DNA of 64,000 bases, taken from positions 5,687,474-5,751,473 of the forward strand of contig NC_057755.1 of assembly GCF_004010195.1 (NCBI RefSeq). The letters are read 5' to 3'. Source of the stretch: Chiloscyllium plagiosum (taxonomy: Eukaryota). Shown here piece after piece: positions 50,330-62,155 of the stretch. The notes beneath the pieces are model-generated. The model had not been told where the DNA came from, made no database searches, and worked only from the letters and a program-made list of their open reading frames with translations. Position 1 is the stretch's first letter; each line of letters starts with the position of its first letter. A program made the translations under genes and the position numbers.

Positions 50330-50643
50330 TGATTAGATCATATTACTTACAGTGTGGAAACAGGCCCGTTGGCCCGACGAGTCCACACCGACCCTACAAA
50401 GAGCAATCCACCCAGACCCATTCCCCCACCCTCACCCCACACTACGAGCAAATTAGCATGGCCAATTCACCTAACCAGCACATTTTTTTTGGACTGTGGG
50501 AGGATTTCGGAGAACCCAGAGGAAACACACACAGACACGGGGAGAATGTGCAAACTCCACGCAGACAGTTGCCTGAGGCAGGAATTGAACACGGATCTCT
50601 TGCGCTCTGAGGCAGCAGTGCTAACCACTGTGCCACCATGCCG
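50330..50643 (-). mobile_element. Full-length tRNA-derived SINE (HE1-like)
   Basis: Minus-strand head cggcatggTGGCACAGTGGttagcac...GTTCAATTCc (Pol III A and B boxes) and CR1-type tail gggcctgtttccacactgtaagt. Confidence 0.88.
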
Positions 50644-52186
50644 TATAATCTGGGGAATTACAGCTAGAACCCACTCAGCAGTGAGGGTCACTCAAACAGG
50701 AATGTAGGTTATTATCTGTAGACCCTGTAAAGATCGAGGGCTCTCTCACTCCCCCACACAAATAGGATCCAATTAAAGCTGGGGCTGAGGAGTCAGTAAT
50801 TGTGACAGTAACAGATTGAGAGAAGCTGGAAATAGTAAGACTGACAGTATCCTAGACTAATTCACAGAAGCTGGATAACTCAATCCATCTCACTACTGAT
50901 TATACTTCCCGAATTAAATCTGCCATGTATTAGTACCCTATAGTAGGGAATCCCGCCTCTATATTTAATGGATTGAAAGCACAACAGGATATAGTCTCAG
51001 CCCTTGCTATTGTGTATGTGTTATGGTCCATACCTGTGGACCTAGAATGACAGAATAAGCTGGTGTTTACTATCTGAGGTAAACAGACACAATCCATGTG
51101 CGAGAGACAGCAATATCAATGAGGGTCCATATTTGTGAAAGAGGAATATTTATCAGGACTTGAGTGTGAGAGAGGAATATCGTCAGATTTTATGTCTGAG
51201 AGACAGGAATATCAGGCAGCATTAATGTGTGAGAGAGAGGAATGACAGTCAGGGTTTGTATGTGACAGGGTGGAATATCCAGCAGGCTTTATGTCTGAGG
51301 GAGATGAATATCTGTCAGGGTACACGTGCGAGAGACATGAGTAATAGACAGTGTTCCTGTGTGTGAGTGAGGAATATCTGTTGAGTTATTATGTGAGACA
51401 CAGGAGTATCTGACACGGTTTATTTGTTAGAGACAGGAATAAGAGTCGGGGTTTATGTTTCAGAGATGAATATCGGCCAGGATTTGTGTGTGAGAGACAA
51501 GAATATCAGTCAGTATTTATGTGTGAGAGGCAGAAATATCAGTCCGAGTTTATGGGTGAGAGAAGGAATATCACACAGGGTTTATGCGGGAGAGAGAGGA
51601 ATCGCAGTCAGATATTTCATGTGAGAGTTAGGAATATTAGACATAGGTCATGTGCGAGATACACGAATATCAGAGAGAGCTAATTGATGTGAGAAAAGAA
51701 TATTAGTCAGGGTTTGTGTGCGAGGGACTGGAACTCTAGACAGGGTTTGTATGAGAGAGACAGGAATATCAGTCAGGGTTTATGTTTCAGAGAGACGAAT
51801 ATCAGTCAGATTTTGTGTGAGAGAAAGGAATAACAGACAGGGTTTATGTGTGAGAGAGAGAAATATCAGTCAGGGTTTATGTGTGAGTCAGAGGAAATTC
51901 AGACAGTGTTTATATATGAGAGACAGGTTTATTAGTCAGGGTTTGCGTGTGAGAGACGGGAACATCAGTCAGGTTCTATAGGTGAGAGAGAGTAATGTCC
52001 GTCAGGGTGTATATGTGAGAGAGAGGAATACGAGACAGGGTTTTTGTCTATTAAAAAGGCGTAACAGTGAGGGATTAAGAGTGAGGGGGAGGAATATCAG
52101 TCAGGGTTTATGTTTCAGAGAGAGGAACATTAGTCAGATTTTGTGTGAGAGAAAGGAATAACAGACAGGGTTTATGTGTGAGAGAG

Positions 52187-52463
52187 NNNNNNNNNNNNNN
52201 NNNNNNNNNNNNNNNNNNNNNNNNNNNNNNNNNNNNNNNNNNNNNNNNNNNNNNNNNNNNNNNNNNNNNNNNNNNNNNNNNNNNNNNNNNNNNNNNNNNN
52301 NNNNNNNNNNNNNNNNNNNNNNNNNNNNNNNNNNNNNNNNNNNNNNNNNNNNNNNNNNNNNNNNNNNNNNNNNNNNNNNNNNNNNNNNNNNNNNNNNNNN
52401 NNNNNNNNNNNNNNNNNNNNNNNNNNNNNNNNNNNNNNNNNNNNNNNNNNNNNNNNNNNNNNN
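52187..52463. other. Assembly gap (277 N)
   Basis: Run of n. Confidence 1.
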
Positions 52464-52837
52464 GGCCTTTTCTCGTTGGAATGGCGAAGGATGAGGGGTG
52501 ACTTGATAGAGGTTTATAAGATGATCAGAGGAATAGGTAGAGTAGACAGTCAGAAACTTTTTCCCCGGGCACAACCGAGTGTTACAAGGGGACATAAATT
52601 TACGGTGAAGGGTGGAAGGTATAGGGGAGATGTCAGGGGTGGGTTCTTTACCCAGAGAGTGGTGGGGGCATGGAATGCGCTGCCCGTGGGAGTGGTAGAG
52701 TCAGAATCATTGGCGACCTTTAAGCGGCATTTGGATAGGTACATGGATGGGTACTTAATCTAGGTTAGAGGTTCGGCACAACATCGTGGGCCGAAGGGCC
52801 TGTTCTGTGCTGTATTGTTCTATGTTCTATGTTCTAT
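52464..52837 (+). mobile_element. Young CR1 3' end inserted in the 33-bp array
   Basis: Open ORF2 C-terminus RRMRGDLIEVYK..FFTQRVVGAWNALP..FKRHLD. Tail is (tgttcta)n. Confidence 0.93.
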
Positions 52838-55462
52838 AAGATAGGGTTTATCTACGAGAGACAGGAATATCAGTCAGGGTTTACGTGTCAGTGAGAAGAA
52901 TATCAGTCTGGGCTTATGTGAGAGAGACAGGAATATCAGACACGGTTTATGTGTGACAGACAGGAATATCACACAGGGCTTCTGTGTGAAAGACAGGAAT
53001 ATCAATCAGGGTTTATGTGAGATAAGAATATTAGTCAGGGTTTATGTGTGAGAGATTGGAATACAAGACAGGGTTTATCTATGAGGGACAGGAATATCAG
53101 TCTGGGCTTATGTGAGAGAGACAGGAATATCAGACACAGTTTATGTGTGACAGAGAGGAATATCATACAAGGTTTATGTGTGAGAGACAGGAATACAAGT
53201 CAGGGTTTATGCTTGGTTAACAGGAATATCAGTCAAGTTTTATGTGTGACAGATAGGAATGTTAGTCAGAGTTTATGTGTGAGAGATCAAATACAGATAA
53301 GAGTATGTGTGTGAGAGCGGAATGTCAGACAGGTTTATTTGTGAGAGGAACTTCAGTCAGGGTTTATGTGTGAGAAACAGGAATATTAGTTAGGTTTTAT
53401 GTTTCCGATAGAGGAAATCAATCAGAATTTCTGTGTGAGATATAGGAATTTCAGGTAGGGTTTATGTGTGTGAGAGAGAGGCATATCAGGCAGTGTTTAT
53501 GTGTGAGAGACAGGAATGTTAGTCAGGGTTTATGTATGAGAGATCGAATGCAGTTAATGGTTTGTGTGTGGGAGAGGAATATCAGTCAGGATTTAGTATG
53601 AGAGTAAGGAATATTAGACAGAGTTCATGTGTGAGGGAAAGGAATATCAGACAGGGTTTATGTATGAGATAGAGGAATAGTAGTCAGGATTTACGTGCGA
53701 GACAGGATTATTCGAAAGTGTTCATGTGTGGGAGAGAGGAACATTACACAAGGTTCATGTATGACAGAGCGAAATATCAGTCAGGGATTATGTTTGAGAG
53801 AGAGGAATATCAGCCAGGGCATATTTGTGAGAGAAGTAATATCAATCAGGCTTTATGTGTGAGAGAGAGGTATATCAGACAAAGGTCATGTGTAAGAGAA
53901 CGGAATATCTGTCAAAGTTTATGTGTGAGGGAGAGGAATATCAGTCAGGGTTTATGTGTGAGAGAAATATCAGATGGGTGTATGTGTGAGAGAGGAATAT
54001 CAGTCAGGTTTTATGTGCGAGAGAGAGCAATATCAGACTGGAGTTTTGTGAGAGGAAAATCTCAGTTCGGGTTTTTGTGTGAGAGGAATATTAGACAGAC
54101 TTCATGGATGAGAGAGAGGAATATCAGTTAGGGTTTATGTCTGAAAGAGAGGAATATCAGAGAGTTCATGTGTGAGAGAGAGGAATATCAGACTATGTTC
54201 ATTTGTGTGTGAGAGAGGAATATCAGTCCGCATTTATGTGTGATGGACAGAAAAATCAGAGAGGAGTGATGTGTGAGAGACAGAAATATCAGACAGGGTT
54301 TATATGTGAGAGAGCAGAATATCAGAAATGCGCCATGTATGAGAGACAGGAATATCAATCGGGGTTTATGTGTGAAAGAGAGGAATATCAGACAGAATTT
54401 ATATGAAGAATTATATTAAAAAGTGAACAAACATTGAAGTTTGACTCAATCCAACAAACCACAAAGACATTTCTTAATTGAATAAGAGAATTATTTGCAC
54501 ATATATATTTATAATCTATAATAACGGCATTTTGTAATTGGGTGTGCAGTGCAGTGTTCTTGATTGTTGAATACCTTTGGAATCTCTTGCATTTTTAACT
54601 TGCAATGTTTGCCCAAATGATATGATTTATGACAACTTAATTAATTTACATTCTCAAGAAATGAATTTAACATTTTACAAACCCAGAAATGGATTGCAGA
54701 GGATAGGTTTTTAATTGATTCGCAACGATTTTCCAACGAAATAATGTAAGGGCGGACTTCTATCGAATCAGGGCACTGTATCCAGCGTTGATTCACAAGT
54801 CACTGAAATCATGTTTCCTCGTGCAGTGCAGTCGCCTGAACAATCCTGAGGGAAGAAAGGACTGACAGATGGACTGAGTATCAGAATAGGGAGAGGAGGT
54901 TGCGATGAATGTGAAGAAATGCTTTCTGCACAATTGTTATAATGGAGATGGAGATGGATGATGTACAGACAAAGCTGGCGATGGGAAGGAATGATCTGAG
55001 TGCTGGACGTGTTATTCATTGGTTGTATTGGATGATGGCTGCCTTGTATCAGTTCAAACATAGGATTGTAAGAAGTGCTCAAGAACATCCGTTCGAAATA
55101 AACCATTGCAGAGTCAGGGGACATCGTCACTGCAAATGCACTTAAATGTTTATTATCAATTAATTGCTGAAGTTTTTCAGAAATTGTGACCCTTCTTTTC
55201 CATCTATTAATGACACATTTATTTGAAGCACGTCTGAAAAGGTGCAAAATGAACTAATGCAAGAGTGAACATTTCCAATGTTTATCGTCCTGACCAGTAC
55301 GAGATTTCCCCAATATATTTTCAGACCAGTAATGCTTATGCGCAATGCCACCACAACTTGTCCGTTCACTTATCAGATGGTCAAATGTGAACCTGGTATT
55401 TACTGATTGGAAACACTGTGACATAGCTCAGCGCACTTGCAAGTTTACAAGTAATTCATTCA

Positions 55463-55760
55463 TTATGTAAGTTTTGAAACCAGAGATGTCAACGCGTTCT
55501 TCATTGTCTCTCTGAACCTAGACCGAGTTGCTGCATAAATAAATGGGTTTGAGCAACAACATACATTCAGCAACATTAATCCAAAATCTTGAAATGCCAT
55601 TTCAGACTCTGCGTAAAATGTTCCTTTAAAGGTGTGACGAAAGAAATGTATGATAAACATCAACCACAGTAGTATAAATCTACGGGATAGTGAAAAGTAA
55701 AATGACAGACTTCCTCCTGCTTTCCATCTCTGGTTCGCTGTGCTTCTCTCCATTGCTGCG
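55463..55760 (-). pseudogene. GPR139/GPR142-like GPCR fragment (ICL3-TM6-TM7-C-terminus), frameshifted
   Basis: GEKHSEPEMESRRKSVILLFTI in one frame, shifting near 55685 to FILLWLMF...CCCSNPFIYAATRSRFRE. No recognisable TM1-5 adjacent. Confidence 0.85.
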
Positions 55761-57874
55761 AACTGCTGTCCTGCTGATGATTACTTTTCCTATTGCTGAT
55801 GGAATCTTATGTCTCATGAAAAAGTATTAGCCATGAGAAAAGGGATCGTTCAAATTCTCATTGAATGTTCCTGTATGTGCAAATGCCTAAATGCATCATC
55901 CTGTATTTTTGGTTCAATACTGCAAAAGATGAAACATTCATAATAGCAAATGGGTCTTTCAATGACAATTACCCTGCTGTAAATTAAGAAGTAAGGGACG
56001 TGCTATTGTTTATTACGTCGTCAGTTGTTCCTGCATTGTAATATGGTCAACAGATCAAGACTCTTGTTCCACTTTATACACTGTCCTTATCCTGAAATAA
56101 TCACCAACCATTCAGCATAATATTGCCTTTTGACGTCCGCATCATTTTCAAATTCGGACCTTTCCCAAAACTCCTCCACAAGATATTGCTGCAGATAAAG
56201 GTCCTGTAACTCCAGTTGTACTTATATGTATTCAGACAAAGAATGGCAGGTTTTATGAAATAGAGACAGAAATTGTTGGAGATACTCTGCAGGTCTGTCA
56301 GCATGTGCGGGGTACTCACTCGAGTTTAGAAGAATAGTGCCGACTATTCACTCGATCCATGCTTCATCAATTTATATACTTCTATCAGCGCTCTCAATAG
56401 CCTCTACTAATCTGGTAAACAGTCCAGTTTTGTTCAATCTCTCCTTAAAGCTCAGACACATTAATCCAGACAATCATATTTTTCACTCTGCACAAGGCCA
56501 GCTTTGTTCACCAGAACTGTACACAATATACAAAATGCGATTCAATTAAAGTTTTATACAGCTGCAACACGACTTGGCAACTTTAATATTCAATACTCCG
56601 ATTTGTGGAGCAAGCATAAGGACATTCTAATTATTACAGCAAGGAAACTAGCCTGCTTTTGAAATGAAGGAGACGTATCTGCAGATAGTCTGACAGTGGG
56701 CCTTAATATAAAAGAGAAATGTGGTTAATACCTGTGAAACTTGACGCCCTTTTGAAATCATTCAATAAATGTTTCAGAGAGAAAGGAATCTCAAGACCAG
56801 TTTCCAGTCGTGAGAATATCATTGTAAATTGAAGGTGTTTTCTGTGAAAGATCTAACGCGTGATATAACGATACTAGCGAGTCCAGGTATCAATGGAGAA
56901 AGAGCACGAGTTATCTAACAACTCCCTCGAGCTGTTCAGGGAGAGCTGGGCACCGCAGGTAGTGGAGTGCTTTATTTCTCCATCTAACTCTAATTTGATT
57001 TAATCCCTACCCTTCCCTTTGGTTTTTTTTTATCATACAGCCATGGCCTTTAATGAAGCATTAGCCACCCTCGTGTTTCCATTGTTCCTGGCGGTAGAAA
57101 TTGAATAAAGATTTATACACTTGTTGTGTTTAACTATGTCTCACACCTGCACATGCACGACATGAGTGCCAGGGAAGATACAAACACTACCGCAGTAAGG
57201 CATTAGTGTCGGGATGAAAAAAGAAAGAGAAAAAAAGGGAAGAAAAACAAAAAAAGAAGAGCAGAAGATTTAGAGTCGCCTCAGTTCAGGGGACAGACTC
57301 TGAACTGGCTGGCGCTACAGAAAGTGTGTTCCTGATACTGTTTGTTTCCCCTCTTTTTTGGAGGAGGGTGCTTCTTTATCTTTCCCATTGTTTAGGAAGA
57401 CCTTTTGTTCGTTTTCTTTGTTGTTTTTTCTGTTTTTTTTTCTTGAAGGAAAAGAAATAACGATACTGGTTCGATGGAATCCACGTGTAGACCTGAAGTA
57501 ACCAGGTGCAGCATTTATGGAAACAGTTATGTTTTCTCATTTGGATCTGTGACTCCAGCCTTTGCGTTGATGATGGTTAAGGATGAATTTGATTGTCCAA
57601 TAAAGTTAATTACAGCAAAACAGTTCCAATTACATTAAACTTTTAAGTGGTTGAATATTTTACAATTATTTCTATTTGATTGTGCGCATTTTGGCCATTT
57701 ACCTGAACAAGTAGCAAACGTTAGCTACAACTGAAGCATTGCACTTTGGTTAGGAGAGTTAGCGCAGGCTTCAGGGCAACGTTGCCAAACAAAGCGAGAT
57801 TAGGATATAGATTCACCGTTACATAAGGTTGGATTCACAGATTGACAGGTAGTGAAAATGGCATTTAGTACCCT

Positions 57875-57998
57875 TGTGGAGAAAGTGAGGTCTGCAGATG
57901 CTGGAGATCAGAACTGGAAATGTGTTGCTGGAAAAGCGCAGCAGGTCAGGCAGCATCCAGGGAATAGGAGAGTCGACGTTTCGGGCATAAGCCCTTCT
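57875..57998 (-). mobile_element. Penelope-like terminal fragment truncated inside the hammerhead core
   Basis: Reverse complement reads gaagggcttatgcccgaaacgtcgactctcc..., very similar to 17868-17989. Confidence 0.8.
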
Positions 57999-58004
57999 AG
58001 TATC

Positions 58005-58586
58005 CATTGAGGTCATGCTGCGTCTGTACAGGACATTCGTTGGACCACTTCTGAAATATTGCATTCAGTTCTGTTCTCCTTTCAATAGCACAGATGTGTT
58101 TAAGCCTGTAAAGCTTCCAAAACAATTTTAGGGACGTTATCATTGTTGGAATGATTGAGCTGTCGGACGGGACTGAGTAAGCTGCGGCTATTTTCCCTGT
58201 AATATCGGAGATTAAGATTGAAAATATCATGATGAAAATTGATGAAGATAATTGCCAAAGTCTTTTTCCCATGGGAGGGGGAGTCCAACATCACAGAGCT
58301 TGTTTTAATGTGATGGGGAAACGATAAAGAACGGAACGAAGAGCAAGCTTTTCATGGAGAGGCTGGTGCGTATATGCAATGAGCTGCCTTTGGAAATGGT
58401 GTAGGCTTGTACAATTCCAATGTTTCAAAGGAATCTGGAGAATGCATGAATGGGAACGATTTAGATGGATGTCGGTTGAATGCTTCCAAATGCGACAAGA
58501 TGAAATTAGGCTATTTGGTCAGCATGGACGGGTAGGACTGAAGGGATTTTTGTTTCTATCGTGTGTGTAACTATGTGATTCTATGA
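58005..58586 (+). mobile_element. Decayed CR1 3' fragment
   Basis: LYRTFVGPLLKYCIQF and NELP. Tail is gtgattctatg. Confidence 0.8.
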
Positions 58587-58679
58587 AACTCTTTTGAAAA
58601 AGACATGAATTAATGTGGTAATTTTCCGAAATTATTGAAATTTCGCAGTTAGATTTCTATATGAAACCAGTCAGAACAA

Positions 58680-59555
58680 CCATCACATTTGTTCAGAAGT
58701 TGCTGAATTAGCCCATGGATGCATTTGTTGCAAAGCTCGGGTCAGGTTACGGCTGCTTGTGAAACACACACCCTCGGTGCAACTTGAAGATTTCGCTCTT
58801 GGCCTCATGTTTTTCTACTATTCATTTTCACCATCTACTTCTTGATTCCCAGTGCATTGAAATGAAGAGTCGAGACTGTTCATTTATATGGATCTGTGAA
58901 AATCAGCAACCTGCATGAAAAATACACTATAGGTCAGTGAAAGCCATGAAAAAATCTACTATTTATTTTAATCAACTGCAAAAAGAAACCATACAAAAAG
59001 AAATATGCAAAAGAATAGAATAGAAATGTTGACTAAAATGTGAGCTATTTCACATTGAACCACCTTCAAAACCTCCAGTGAGAAAACAAACATTATTAAA
59101 AATGTAAATAGATGGAGAATCACAAAAAGACAGCTGCACTCCAGACAACTGTTCACAACAGTGAACATGCATCTACCGGAATAAATGTTCCAAACGTCTT
59201 CCTCAGAATGTTTATGATATCCTTTCTAACACTGCACAGCAATACACAAAAGGCAGTAAATCATTGCCAGAAAAAAAATGAGCCTCAGGCAGTGCCTCAT
59301 GAAAATCTGAAGAGGTAGAATGAAATTGTAAAGACAAATCATCTCATATGATCCAACAACTGACTGCTTGTTATACAGTTGTGATCAAGCCGTAACATTA
59401 TTAACTGCAATGTAACATGTACAGATCTTCGATTATTATTTTCACTTACCAAGTAGGCCAACCACAGCAAGGATCATGTAGTCCACATTTTTTAAAGATT
59501 GTACATTTGAAAAGTCATTTCTACGTTAATATATCTCGCTTTGTACCGTCATTAA
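58680..59555 (-). pseudogene. Possible highly decayed GPR139-like relic; exon-1-like part 59450-59555 is the best supported
   Basis: NVDYMILAVVGLL followed by G|GTAAGT mimics the family exon 1, with an in-frame stop upstream. Downstream similarity is weak (CLECSCLF; LCNKCIHGLIQ). Confidence 0.4.
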
Positions 59556-60139
59556 GCCCTTCATATTTTATTCTGTGGTGATAAAACCACAGGACAATTT
59601 ATTTATACCTTGTCAAATTTCCTTGGCTATATTGTAGTAACAACAGTTTCTGGCAACTGGTGAGCCTCAGGCTGTTTACGCTCACAAAATTTGAAATATT
59701 ACCTCGCTTTTGTTTTGCAGTTGAGGTAGGTGGTGTCAACGTCATGTTTTCCAATGAAAGCAAAAGTAAATAATTTAGGACACTGTGTGCATTCCATTTA
59801 TCTGAAATGACACCTGACACAGAGACACGACTGCAAAACTCTGACAAAGTGAAAAAATGCATTGAAATTACAGAAGAACTGTGTTGTCTACTCCAGCACC
59901 AACGACGTTAATACATTTCTGTTTGATTCAGCTATGCCCTTCATTGACATTCAATTGATGGTTTGTGATAGTGTGAGTGTTCTCCTTCAAAAAAATTATT
60001 TCATTTTCGTACTAATTCGGAGACAAATAAATATGACAAATGGGACATGCTGTTAATGATTGGAAGAACGTTCACAACCATCAGCGAAAACCACACTACT
60101 GAAGTTATAAAGGAAGCGACTTGAAAACTGAAGCAGGTT

Positions 60140-61182
60140 TGTGCCATGTTCTGTACCCTGCAGAACGACAGCAATGAGCTGTCAGGGCTTGTACACTGTA
60201 GAACGATGGCAATGAGCGGCCACGTCTTGTACACTGTAGAACGATGACAATGAGCTGTCAGGAAGTGTACCCTGCAGAATGAAGGCAAAGCGCTATCAGG
60301 GTTTGTATACTGCAGGACAATGGGAATGATCTGCAAGGGCGAGTGCACGGCATAACGATAGCAGTGAGCTGCCATGGTTCATTGCATACTGCAGAACGTT
60401 GCCACTGACCTGGCATGGTTGTACACTCTAAACGATGGTAATGAGCTGCCATGGTTTGTACACTGTAAACGGTGGCAATGACCAGCCAGGGTTTGTACAC
60501 TGTAAACGATTGCAATGAGCTGCCATGGCTTGTACACTGCAAACGATGGCAATGACCTGCCAGGGTTTGTACACTGTAAGCGATAGCAATGACTTGCCAT
60601 GGTTTGTACACTGTAAACGATGGGAATGAGTCGCCATGGCTTTTGCACTGTAGAACGATGGGAATGAGCTGCCAGGTCTTAGACACTGTAGAACAATGGT
60701 AATGATCTAACAGGATTTGTACCCTGCAGAACGAGAGCAAAGGGCTATAAGCGTTTGTACATTGAAGGACGATTGGAGTGAGCTGCCAGAGCTAGTACAT
60801 TGCAAAACTATGACAATGAGCTGCCAGACTTTATTACATGCTACAGAAAGATGGCAAAGACATGCCATGGTTTGTACACTGTGGGACGATGGTAATGAGC
60901 TGCTTGGGTTTGTACCCGGCTGAAGGATGGGAATGACCTGCCAGGGTTTGAACACTATAGAACGATGGTAATGAGCTGCCAGGGCCTGTACATTGTGCAA
61001 AGATGACAATGAGCTGCCAGGGTTTGAAGACAATAGAACGATAGTACCATGCAGAACGATAGTAATGAGTTTGCCTAAGGTTTGTACACTGTAGAACGAT
61101 GAGAATGAGCTGCCAGGGTTTATACCCTGTAGAACGATTGAAAAGAGCTGCCAGGACTTGTACACTGTAGAACGATGGCAAT
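60140..61182. repeat. Tandem array, 38-bp unit (GGGTTTGTACACTGTAGAACGATGGCAATGAGCTGCCA), with a 37-bp sub-array at ~60415-60625
   Basis: Direct periodicity. Confidence 0.93.
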
Positions 61183-61199
61183 TCAGGATGGTTAAAAAT

Positions 61200-62155
61200 A
61201 TTTTTAAGGATTGCAAACGTATTTCCTTTCATTGAGCTCACTGTTATTGTTATGTTCCTGAGACCACTTAATGTAACTCACATTAACTCTTATGTTACCT
61301 CCTCCCATCATTATGTTTATCTCATGTTCACACAGAAACTCTAACGGCGTGCGAAAGACAGTGAGACTGACTGATTGCCAGTTGCATTTCATGCAGAATA
61401 GCTCAACTGCACTTTTGCCGACTCTGTAATTTAATTCAATGATCTGTATTGACCTTTGCTTGTGCATTATCAGTTGTAGCTGGCTAGTTCTTGGAATTGA
61501 CTTGAATTTAATTTATTTCAACTCAGTAAAAAATTATGCAATTAGTTGAACCCCCTGCTGTATAGTACTTCATAAAAAGAAAGTTAAAGATGCCCAATTG
61601 AACATAAAGACACACTGGAAAAATGAAATTTCATAATAATAATATATTATTTTGTGACATTTAATGAAATGCACACAGAACTATTATATCCTGATGGATA
61701 TTCACAAAGTACAAGAAAAGTGTGATAATGTCTCCTATCCCATTGTGGTACGGGCTTTATTGAACCCTACAAATATATTCACCAGAATGCTGTACTCAGT
61801 AATTCAATGTCAGTTGTTGTATATTTCAGCACAATCACACATTGCACTAAAGAAGTTAAATCAATGTTGGAAATTCTGTGCGTAACAAAAAGCGTTTTAT
61901 TATCATCTAAGAGGAGGAACAAAAGTTCGGAGACAAAACAAGACATTTGATCAAGCACGTGACCGGCTGAAGTGAACACCACGTAACATTATCAGACATG
62001 GTTTCAACATTTAAACTTTTGAAATATTTAGGGCAAGGGCAGACCACAGACAGTAAGGATCATGTAGTACAATCTCTGGACGTTCTACACACGATAAGTC
62101 CTTCCTGAATTAATAATCTGCTCCTTCATTGTGCAAGTGATCATTTCGTTTTCAG
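61200..62155 (-). pseudogene. Possible highly decayed GPR139-like relic
   Basis: One frame with stops reads NVQRLYYMILTVCGLP (TM1), VSELLFLLLD (cf. VSDLLFIIFD), IDLT..VL..TTD (cf. LDIT..VL..TID). Later ELNYRVGKSAVELFCM (cf. EIKCRKKSVTLLFAM). Confidence 0.4.

Larger units (their letters stand above)
48840..54405. repeat. Diverged tandem array, 33-bp unit (GAGAGACAGGAATATCAGTCAGGGTTTATGTGT), interrupted by a SINE, a unique island, a gap and a CR1
   Basis: Direct periodicity. 11-aa periodic peptides (VRERNISQGLC) in the ORF track. Confidence 0.95.

Noticed and set aside
50560..50643. tRNA gene
   Set aside because: The A/B boxes belong to a SINE head that continues into SINE body and CR1 tail. 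No complete cloverleaf.
52134..52595. ORFs spanning poly-X
   Set aside because: Artefacts of the N gap.
51424..54406. Zinc-finger-like periodic Cys ORFs (VRERNISQGLC)
   Set aside because: Translation of the 33-bp satellite, with no C2H2 spacing.
54768..55247. 159-aa minus-strand ORF downstream of the receptor fragment
   Set aside because: No recognisable motifs, non-ATG start, and no similarity to the receptor family.
56600..57265. Possible second LTR or retroelement 3' end (TATA-like, AATAAA at ~57104, A-rich tail)
   Set aside because: No matching TSD or clear termini could be found, and the family could not be assigned by eye.
60001..61241. Hydrophobic repetitive ORFs resembling membrane proteins
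   Set aside because: Translations of the 38-bp tandem array in all three frames.
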